Shown here: one piece after another, positions 33,883 through 45,800 of the stretch | How positions within the stretch are numbered: the first letter of the stretch is position 1 | Layout of the letters: every line of letters begins with the position of its first letter | Source: Styela clava | Taxonomy: Eukaryota | NCBI RefSeq assembly: GCF_964204865.1 | Contig: NC_135255.1 | Span: 6,262,001 to 6,326,000 of the forward strand | Direction: 5' to 3' | DNA: 64,000 nucleotides | Translations under genes and position numbers: made by a program | The notes under the pieces: model-generated | Seen by the model: the letters and a program-made list of their open reading frames with translations, nothing else | What the model was told of the DNA's origin: nothing | Databases searched by the model: none

Positions 33883-36800
33883 ATGGCACTTCATGTAGCA
33901 AACAAGATGTTGCCTGTTATATCACATCCATTGTCAAGACTGGGAAGCAGAGAAAGTCTTTCTGTATTTGGATCAGGGTGAGTAAATGTTTCAATATAAC
34001 TTTCCACGTAGGCGCCATGTTTGAAACCGAGTCTTAATATTTACCTTCATGCTTTCTGCCCAAAGAAATGCCAATGATTATATCCACATTTTGATGATGT
34101 TTATTATCTTCAAAGTAGCTCATACCCTAACTTCCCGAACTCTCTAAACCAATAGTAAACGCGTACTTGAACATAAACTTTTCCACCGTTGTGCGTTAAA
34201 ATCATACCTCATTTAGAAATGAATATGTTTAGCCAATCATGAGCTAGGAACGAATACCTATGTTGATGCGCGATACTTCTATCTCATATAGGCCTAAATA
34301 ATCCTGATAATTGAAGCCCCTCTGGCAATGTTGGGAATACACTAAACTAGATCATCTATCTTGTGGATATACAATATTGGTTTAATAAGCTTCTCGAGTT
34401 TAACCTTTGACCCTACAACCTACTAAACTTCTTGATAAGATGAACGTAATGACACTCACGGGTTAACCAAATTTCATGGTAAATATTAGTGTATCAATCA
34501 ATAGACCGACATTGTTCAAGTAGATTTTTGAAGAGGCGTTAATTACACCAAAAGTATCAAAATATACCAATAGTCGTCACAATAGGTCGACTCGAAAAGT
34601 GATATCTACATGTATAATTAATTACGTAACAAAATTAATTTATTTTTTAAAAGCTTTTCTCGCCTTTTTCGAAAAACTATTCAACTCCATTTTCAAATTT
34701 ACTTTGTATTTCTCCACTATAATATTTTTATAACCAATTACACTATGATATTGGTTGACATTTTTTCGGCAGTATTATATACATCATCATTCTGACCGGA
34801 CTTGTTAGCAAGACAAATTCTTATTCATGATAGCTTGTCTACAATAACATACCTACACCAAGACAAAAATAACTAAGAAATTTATAGAATGAAATCAGTA
34901 TCAGTAGGCGGATTTGGGGTCTTGTGGTAGATTAAAATTTGATGGATTAAAAGGAAAAATTCCTATCAGCATGAACGCAATATTTGCAGATGTGCGGACA
35001 GGACAAATTTGTTACAGTTTCAAACAAATGGTAGACAAATGCCACGTTAAAATGTAATGATATAATGCAAAGCCGTATGTACAATTATTTCCAATCGTAC
35101 CGAGACGGCAAAGTCATGGGGGAAAGTGAAATAAAAACAATCATATATTGTATGGCCATCGTAGCACAATGTCGGCATGTAAGCGACTGACAGACGTTTG
35201 TTTTGCTTGGGTTTCGGTTAATACGAAACGGGTCGTTTGAGGCTTTCAATGTCACGATACTTTCGTATGTTACCTATTCAAAATAAAGATTTTGTACGTG
35301 TAGTAACAGCCATTATGAATAAGAAAGACAAAAACGTAAATCGTTATGTGTTATTCTTGGCATGAGTTACGTTAGATACAGCGCCGCTGCGTCGATTTAC
35401 TATAATTTCTTCCAGGTGCACATCGATTGCACAATATCCACTGCAAAAATTTGATTGCGGAGCATCGGCAATGTATTGACATATAGCAGTTTCTTTTGTT
35501 ATCCTGTTTTATTATACAAATAAATAATGCTAAATTGAATGGTATGATATGAAAATATTTCAGAAATTTCCGCGACGGATCACAATCTGCTGATCCTGCT
35601 CTCAATCGGAATATAAACGGAGATGTAGAGCAAGCCAGAAATATTTTAAATCGGTGCAACACTTCACAGGACTCCAGGCGAGCAGCAACAGAGGAGGTAT
35701 ATTCTTCAATCAAGTCTCATAAATGTGGCATCAGTAATAACAAACGAAAATGTAGAACTGATTTTATAATAGGTTTAAATGATAATCAAGGTAGATGTGA
35801 ATAGCTTTTTGCAAACATGACCCATACCTATCACAATAGCTTGGCTCAATCGTGTTTTGCAAAAAACATTGCAGTATGTTACGCAAAAACAGGTTATTAT
35901 TTTCATTCCCAATTATTTTAACGTTTTTCGACCGGTGCGTGAATAAAATTTATCTGATCTTGCCGGCCCGACGGTGTTTTGAAGGCGGGGACCCTTGGTA
36001 TAGGCAAATTTGGCTCAAATCTTAGCGACATTGCGTGAACGTTCCAGTCTTGCATTCGTGATTTTTACATATTGCTTGAAATTTCTATCTAAATATTCAT
36101 ATCTTTGGAACAATCTTGAAAATTATTATGGATGGTTCAACTAGTTTTTTTTTATTTAACTAGAGTCTACTAACTACTTGAATAAAGACTACTTATTATC
36201 AACAATATGAAACCAGAAACATTTATTAATTGAAAATCCCTTATTGGTAGCATAAGTACACGGCGTCGTTATTCCGTAATGAAACCCGATAGTTTAAATG
36301 TATTCTGTGAAAGCTTTCAATCCCTACTGTCGGACAAAAGTCTATTCGTAGCGTACAACGATATTAATGACAAACTTACAATGGTTAAGTAGTGGATTCC
36401 ATGTCATACATGAATATATATATGTACCAAGCCACGATGCTCTCATTCATATGAAGTCACCGGAAAATCGTCCTAGTGAAGATGTCAATAGGGCCATTTA
36501 AAATTCTGGTCCAAATTCAAAAGAAAATCCAAATTTTAAAAGAATTTCATTTTGATGAATATCAACATAGGTAAAAGCTAAATGCGCATTCTGTGGGATA
36601 ATCAGTCCTTTAATTGAGTGAATACAAACGCTGAGAAACAAAAATAAATTAATATAAAGGAAATAATATTTTGTCATACATAAATTAGAAATATGAAATG
36701 AAAAAATGACTCGAAAAATATGTCAAATTGTAGTTCTTCCCAGATTTGAATTGTGTATTTACATGTTCCGGTACCTACAAAACGACAACTATAATGAATT

Positions 36801-39800
36801 ACATCAGATATCACTTTACAAAGTCACAAATTATACTGAGATACACCAAATATTCACATCGACACGAATCAAATTCTTTTTATTTCGCAATTTTTGTTGC
36901 AACTTTTTTAAGTTTTTCATTAATAAATCACAAAAATTTTCAGAATAAAATATTGTGTACAAACACTCATATTCATAATTGCTATTTCAGGTTCTCTTTC
37001 ACTTACAAGAAAAATTCCATCCCGCCACACTGCCTTCAGTACGGAAACTATTTCGAGCCAACGACCCAAAAGGAGAAGGACGAGTCCCAAAGGAAGCTTT
37101 TTCCCGAGTTCTTTGGCAGCTTTACGGATATTTAACAACAAGACAAATACAGAACGTTTTGCAAAGGTAAGGTATAAGATGCAGCTGGTCGCAAAAATTA
37201 ATATTTCAGTCTAGTATGGTATGATGCTAGCGTGGTATGTTTCTCACAATTTGTTAACTTTCATATAAAGTATCGTCCTATGCGACAGTTAATGAAATTA
37301 TTCACAACAACTGTAAAATTTCAATTGTAACTATGGTTGGATAGATGAGCAGCACATGCAACGGTTCAAAATCCTATATTTTCATTTTGTTCTTGTGGGT
37401 TTTGTTAAGCTAATTTTGTTGCCTCCAGACCGTATATATATTACTCAAAAATTCAAGAGAATTGAACTTCGCCAATAATGTGTACTACGGCTATGCCATC
37501 AATTCTGTCTTCTTGATATTTTTGATTCAAAGACTTGGAATTGAATTAGTCTAATACTGGCCCTGTTAGTTAATATCGCTGATGTATTTATCGGTAGTAG
37601 TCGTTAGATTCAGCAAATGACTGTTTATGATTCAGACGAATTCACTAGACATTCACAGTGCATTAATCAACCATTCTCAATGTTTCCTATCAGACTTGAC
37701 CTGGATAAGCAAGACTGCATTTCTTTTGATGATTTTCACACACAATTACGAAGTTTCGGTTCTGGTGGCGAACCTGTAAAGTCGGTTTCGAATTGGGTAA
37801 AAGCAGTTAACTCTCTATCAGCAAATCATGCAAGGTCACTGCCAGCAACAAATGAAAGGGTAAGCGAAACTTGATCGTTCAAAATCGTGATCGTGACGTT
37901 CAAAGTTATCAGCATGTGCTATTCCATTAGCCAATGAAAATATGATACAGTTTTAACAATGGAGCAGTGCTCTAATTCGTAGGCGCAAAGGTTTGGTGAC
38001 TAACCGCAGTAGTCAATCCTTCTAAGGCAGAAATATGTCATCTAATCATTCAAAAGCTCAAAATCAACATTTTTTCACAACAAGCCCAACAAAAACAACA
38101 AGTTTGCTACAAAACGATATATATATATATATATATATATATAGACTTTGTATCCAGAAATAAAAAAAAAATTGTAATTTATTTTACGAAGCAACTTGCA
38201 TCAGAAATTGTAATAAATGAACAACATGACATCGACACATTTATTTAACAAACGAAACGTCAATTTTCACATTTTTTGCGGTGTCCCTGAAAAGGTACAA
38301 TTGCAAGAAAAGAACGGTTGGTTAATTTAACCGAACACAACTTATTTATTTTCATTAGGCCTCACTGCCACCTTCAACATCTCGATCTGTTCGATCTGCC
38401 CGGGGTTCGAGACCAGACATCAGCGACTCTGCCACAACTTGCTGGAACACACTGCGTGAAAAAGTTCAAAAAGAGTAAATTTTGTTTCGTAATTTAGGGA
38501 AAATTTAACAAAACAAAAGTCTACAAATGACAATATGAATTATAAACAATTGCTAGCCATATCACTCTCGGGGAGAAACTAGGAAAATTGTAACAACCGC
38601 TATTTAAAAACATCCTGATAAATGTAACATTAACATATTTTTCAGGGATTTCGATCCAGAACACGTATTTCCTTCAGTATGCTTAGGAGAAGGAGCCTTC
38701 GTCGTACCAGCTCAATTTCACGAGTGTCTGAGAAGATTGAAAATAGCTGCGACCGATGATGACGTTGCTAAAATATATAGAAGGTACAGAAAGTGTCAAA
38801 ATGTGTTATCACTTCAGTTCATTAAATAAAGTCGAACGTGTTTTATGGGTCGTTACACCAAGCATTACAGGAGCCAGTAAGTGGTATGGTGCTCAGTATA
38901 GCCGTCAAATTAGATAGGGCTCAAAATCAGCTAACCGTCTGTACGATCTCAAAACAGTAAGGCCACCAATGACGAATGCACTTCACGTTCGCTGTGTATT
39001 TCTGTTTGGTATACGTAGCCTAGACTAGAACAACATCTGACAAATAGGTTAACATATGTGGTTATTGAAATGCAACAAACATTTTAGTAATCACTTGCAA
39101 GATAATGTTCAATTACAATTTACAGAATGGACGGAGCTAGTCCTTATGCTGTTCATACAAAACGACTTTTTGAACTGCTTGGCCTCGATCCGGATACTGG
39201 AAGATATATGAAAGTAAAACCTCAGTCAAGACATGCCCAGATAACTCCCCCGAAGACCCCGTCCACGGGAAGCAGAACAAGGTACTGTTTTTAATCACGA
39301 TTGCGCAATCGATTAGCACCATTATATTTTATAATAAGTACAAAATCAGATAATTAACTCATAATAATAATATTTTCCAGCGACAGAGAACCAGATCTGA
39401 AAAGACCACGCACATCTCATGGTAATAAAACGAGTAATTTTCTCAATAAATGCTCTTTGAACATCCTGAAATGAAATATTGCTTATTCTGTTTGAACTGT
39501 AGGTGCAAAGGAATACGAAGAAAGGCCGATTTCGGTTGCTCGACCCAGAACTTCTTTAGACAGAAGTAGAATTTATGACGGAGATATCTTGCAGCTCATC
39601 AGTAAAAAGGTACATAAATCGCGATCATGCTGTTCATTCAGATTTAATCCCGCATGAGATCTGACGTGGATACACGTCGAAACCCGAAAATAGAATTTGT
39701 AATTCGACCCAAACTATTCGACAACTAATATTTAATGACAATTGCTTCTTGAAGAGATATACCGACTTGTGAAGCTTCCAATGATTTTGTAAGGCCACGA

Positions 39801-42800
39801 CACGATATTTTTTAGATTCAAGGTCCGGGTCCAGAGTCGAATTCCAGGCCCCGGATCCTAACTTGAATCCGGTCCATTCTAACCAGTATGTATATCTTTG
39901 GTCACAAATAAAAGTATCGTATTGGCAGCTGGAAGAAGGACAATCGCAACTACAAAGGGCTTTACAAGCACGAGATTGTCATGAAAAGGGAGAACTCACC
40001 AAAGCTGATCTTCGCTTTGCTCTTGCGGAACTAGGTTTGCCGATCAAGGCGACAGATCTTGAGCATTTCTTAGTGAGGTAATGGTAATTTATATTCATAT
40101 GCTGAATAAGTTCTAAATTAGGCACCAAGGAAGGGTATCTTTTAAAATGAGAAAAAAATAGAAAAAATCTTCCACAATCAAGATGTCGATTGGGTATCTA
40201 CAATAAATTGTGTCCACAAAAAAAAAGACTTCACATTAACGTACATAAAATATTCTTATTGTTTTCCAACTGGGTCGGGTCTCGTTCTCTCAAAAAATCA
40301 TTGCCCACTGGGACTTAATGACGTGAAAAGCGAGCATTCTATAGCACATATTGTTTAAATTGTCCATATTTGCAATTAGACAAATTGTACAATTTGCTGC
40401 TCCATTCTTCACTGGCTCATCATTGTCCTAATGAATTAACATCCTAGATGAATTTCTTTAACATCGGCCTGAGAAGATGCGTTAACCAGAAATTAGTGTC
40501 CTAATTTGTGTTTTACAAATGTGTTTTTGTCTTCAACTTCGACAGAAATGGATTAAGAAGAAAGGATCAACGAGTCAATTACAAATTGTTGATGCGCCGT
40601 TTGCAAACCCGGTCGAATCGAGGCCTTTTGCATAAGGTTATGAGAAATCTTGATCACACGTGAGTTACACTTCCACTTGTTAGCTGATGATCTTATTATT
40701 AATTGCATTTAATTTATTTTTAAATTATGATATCTGATTGCGCCATCGCTGTACAGATGAGCAAATATTGCTAGACGTTTCGCAAATCAAATGGTTTTGT
40801 TATAGATTCCACAGAGGTGTTCCAAACGTATCACCAGGTGGCGTAAGTGCTCCAGTGTTGGAAGCCATATTGCTTGACTCATTTCAACATGAGTTTTTAG
40901 AGTTGTTGGCGGTAATGAAACATCGCGATTCAGAAGGAACCGGTATCCTATCTTTGGTAAATATATAAACTTTTACTTTCTAACGTTAGTAACATTTACT
41001 TATCAACACGTCATTATTGCAAAAGTCTTTATTTCTAGACTGATTTCCGTACAGCTTTACAATCACGATTCAGCGTAATATTCACTGAAGAGGCATGGGA
41101 AGTATTCGTAGCTTCACCCTTCATAAAACTTGTACCGCCACCTCCTGGATCTCACGGCAAAGACGGATTTATAGCATACAACGATTTTCTAGCAAAGTTT
41201 GACGTAATGTTGAGGTGAGAGGTTTAAAGAATTTGGTAGTTCTAGGAGATGAAGAATCTTGGAGCTTGTCCAATGACGATAATAGCAATGCTAGTTTGAA
41301 CAAGTATCTTCTTGTAAGAAAATTATGAGTATTTTCAAAATATATATATATATTTCAGGCCAGAGACTGCAGATGAGGACGATCCCTGGTTAAAGCAAAA
41401 CGTTGAGAATGAATACAGTCATCTACTGGAGCACAAGAGAAAATATTTGATAGGAATGGCTGCAGATCCCGGTGACCATACTCTCAGGTTTGTCAGAATT
41501 CTTCCTGCTGTAATGCAGTCGTTTAAATAGCGCTTTTATACCGGTAACTACAATGCTATATTCCACACTGCAATACTTTTTCTAGACATGATCCCAGACC
41601 GTTGAACGAGTTAGAAAAAGTGCTGGTCGATGTATTTTTGAATAAATTCCAAACAATGAAAAAAGAATACGACTTGATTGTACGCGAAGATTTCTGCAGA
41701 ATCGATAAAGAAAAGTTTGACTACATCATGTTCAGGTACGTTAGTTTTGTTATACCTATAAACCCACAAGTTTTGAACATTTCTGCCATCGCACTTCTGA
41801 TTACCTTGCATCGGTTTGCGAGATCGAATTCCGATAATAATTTTATTTGGTCACGGCTTCCCCCACTGAGTTTATCCTTCATTTCACGGGTTCATAGTAC
41901 ATCTGAACAACTAGTTAACTATTCCTTATATTCGACATGAACTGGTAACCGGACGAGAGCTTAGTTTATTTTATGATTAGACCTGCTTATCGGCCTTATT
42001 AACTCTTCAAGCCCCGGCCAGCGAATTATCGCCTCCTAGTGGCCGTGGTAACGAACCAGCCGGCGATATATCCCTTCCGCTTTCCGGGTTCACTGTTTCG
42101 GTTCAACGCTTCTGTGTGACCTGGTTTTGGTATCAATCGATTCTGACGTTACGTCTCTACAACGCATGATAACGAGAAAAAGGCATCAGGCCATCATGTG
42201 ATTGTTTAGTGCTCCCAAAGTTTTTGAAAAATGACGATTTTCTATGGTGATTTGTTCGTGATATAGTCGATTTAGGCGCTGGGAACACGCCGTTTTGCTT
42301 GTAAATACAGCTTGTAAACAAAGACCGTCTCGTCTACAACGCTATGATAACGAGAAAAACGCATCAAGCCATCACGTGATATGTTAGTGCTCCCAATGTT
42401 TTTGAAAAATGACGATTTTCTATGGTGATTTGTTTGTGATATAGTCGATTTAGGCGCTGGGAACACGCCGTTTTGCTTGTAAATACTGCTTGTAAACAAA
42501 GACGACCTCTTTTATGAATGTTGGCTTGATAACTGTTAGCGTAGCGGCATTGTCTTTTGAAATTTAATATGGAATTATCTACTGGAATCGAAGTGGAAAG
42601 TGATTTTGGTGAGAGGTAAGTGACTTTGATATACCTACTGTTAGTTTTTTTTCAACAGTCTTGACAGAAGGCTTAGTTTATATTCATTCTGCTGTTGACA
42701 CTGTAAATTACAATATTAGAATAGGAATAGGATTTACTTTTTTATCCTGGGGGGAGAGGAAAGTCGACTGATTAAAATTGCAAGCAGTCACTTATAATGA

Positions 42801-45800
42801 AGATATTGGCCCTATATATCATATAAAGCTGTTCTTGATATCTATATTCAAATATAAGTCAGCAGATGTGCAGTATGATTGATTAGAATTGTTCCTTTAC
42901 AGCTCTGGAGATGAGTGGGAGTTGGAAGACATTTCGTCCTCTTCTGATGAATCAACAACTCCAATATTTATAAGGCAATTCTCCAGTTCTGGCAGTTCAG
43001 ATATGCCAAGTACCTCGTCTGCGTCCACAAGCACGACTCGTTCAAGGAGAGGCAGACCAGTAAAAAGAAGATGGTCACGTTATATTGGTCATGTTATATT
43101 GCCAGGGTATCAGTGTTTTTATTCATTCTTTTTCATTTATTCTTCACTCATTGTATATAAACATTTTTCGATGCGATTATTCTCACACTGTTTTTTTTAG
43201 TCTTTTTGTATACACTGTTTTGATGGATATCACTTTTTTCTAAAATCATCCTTGTTATATTTTATGCATTGTATATATATATCATCACTGTTTAATTCAT
43301 TTCTTTCATCATTTGTTATCACTGTTTGGTTCTTTTCTTTCGTTTGAGTTGTTGTTTTTCATCCGAGACCACAAAAAAAATTCATTTTTTGTGTATTTTC
43401 ATATGCTCTTTATGAATAGTAATTTATGGGTTAGACAGGAAGGGATAATTTTCCTAGATTCGCAATAGCTTGTAGTTTCTGGCCTCCAACTTTGGTGGTC
43501 GTGGCGTTTATAGTTTTTTTGTGAGTATTTCGTTTTCAAGGTCACTCGATTTTGATCAATTTTCGCCAATATTTACTAAGAGTGAAAACATCGATTAGTT
43601 TGACCTACATATTCGGCGAGTCGGTTGGAATGTGGTAAAAATGAAAGGGAGTGCAATATAGGACTCGTTTACCTCTTTCAGACGCTACCGAATGCGTGTT
43701 TATAGGGTCAGTAGTTGACGTTTGAGTTCGAATTGAAAACATAGCATATTTAGGGGATTATTGCAGGTATAGGTGGGTTTTTTCGAATTTGACCTTGGGG
43801 CTTGAAGAGTTAACAATTTTAATCTGAGTTTCATGCAATAACATAGAACGAAGCAAGAAAGTAATGTCGTTGGGTCCAGTAGCATAACCTAACCTAACTA
43901 ATGCGAATATTCCACAATTTGAACTTTGACCTCCAAAACAATGATAGAGGAATTTTTATAACTTATAGGTGCGGGTTCATTCTTACTGCCAGCGAATTAT
44001 CGAGACTGTGGTTGAGTTTACCCATTACACGACCCATCGAATCCATGTCGTTTCCGGGATTGCTTCGCCACGTGATCAAGCTGCATTACACCGCATCAAA
44101 ACATGGTAAGAAAAGTAGAAAGAAACATCGAAATTTGAAAATTTTTCATGAAATGTGTTCAGTGGCTTTTATTTGATCATATCATGTTAAATAATATATA
44201 CTGTAATGGTGTTCGATTATATGGTATTCATCTATTCTACCCTGGGCTATAATGAAACAATAAGTTAATGGATTTAAGAAGTTATACTGAACTGAAAATT
44301 GACAGGGCTCTCTATATCTAAATGGTCCGCATCTAAGTGGTCTGTGATTTATAGTCTATTTGCGATCGCACATGACGTAAAATTGACTAATAACAGTGGA
44401 ACTCAAGTCAGATAAATTGTTGATGAATTCAAAAACTCAGTCGAATCTTAACAACGAATATAGTTTAACGATGCATTTGTTTATCCGCGATTGCGTTTAA
44501 TAAACCCTAATTAGGGATGAACTCTTACGCTTAGCTGGCTTACATTATTGATCTTTTATATCACAAATTGTTCCCGCAATCGAAATATTTCTCAAAGTAT
44601 AGTAGGCCTATTTCTGCAAAAGTTTCACTATTTCAGGTCGATTTTCCATGCAAACCAGCGACCTTATCGTTGTAAGCTATATACTTGACAAAATGCGACA
44701 AGAAGTAGCAGCTCATTGGTCAATATTGAAGAAGAAACTGAGATTTTTGGACCCAATGGGAACATCAAGAATTCCTAAGGTATTTTGTTTTTTAAAATCA
44801 ACCCTTTTTATTTTTTTATTTTCCCATTGGCTCAGCTATCGCTCATGAAAAATTCGCGATTGCTCGTTTTATTCTCAATAGCTGACACAACTCATATAGT
44901 TTCATAACGTATAGTAGCATAATCGTCCATTTACTTAGGTACATCGATTCGCATTCAATTTATATATCTGAATGTTAACATTTTGAATATATTTGACACG
45001 AAGTTATAGACTAGTTTATGCTTACTAACAGTTTTCAAGCGGTATTGTGACATTTCTGGCCAGACGATTCGGCTCAGATACCAATAATTTATTTCGTTGT
45101 TACATTTTTTCTTTTGTGAATGGGAAAGAGAATTATTACAAATAATGGAAGTAGATGCGAGCCTAAAAAATCCAACGCAAACAAAACACGATCCTGGATT
45201 GTTAACATCTGTTACAAAACCGGAGGCATCGTACGACGGATAATTCCCTTCAAAAACACGTCACTTTTTACGCCATAAAATTATGTTCTACCTATTTCTT
45301 TGTTTTATTCTCCTTGCTCGTCATCGTTCGTACGTTCGTACGTTCAGAACGTCCGATGCGTATAGGTTTTCTACCGTAACCGGATGTTAAAAATCAAGGA
45401 TCATGTCGTTTTGTTTGCATTGGAAATTTTAATCTTGCCTCTACTTTTATTAATTGTTATAACGAAATAATAAATAAAATATGAAATCACGAAATACGTC
45501 ATTTTTATCCAAAATACTTCACTTAACTTGCAAAATAGAGGGTGAATAAACCATTATACAGGAGGACATGCTTCAACTTGTACGTGGACTGCGTCCCAAC
45601 ATTATTGATTTGGAGTTACATTATATGGTTGAGATGTTGGAATCCAGAATACCAGGGAAGACAAATTATTTCAAATTCATGGAATTTTTCACAAAACCAG
45701 CATCACGACAATCCAGTCGACAAAGTACAGTATCTAAGAGCACTCCAGAGCCAGTTCTATGTGAGTAAAGTTCAATGTTCTTCATTCCAAGTAAAGGTTA

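Noticed and set aside
42152-42503. Direct repeats as a CRISPR-like array
   Set aside because: Only two contiguous ~178-bp units with no spacers, inside a piggyBac element in a eukaryotic intron.
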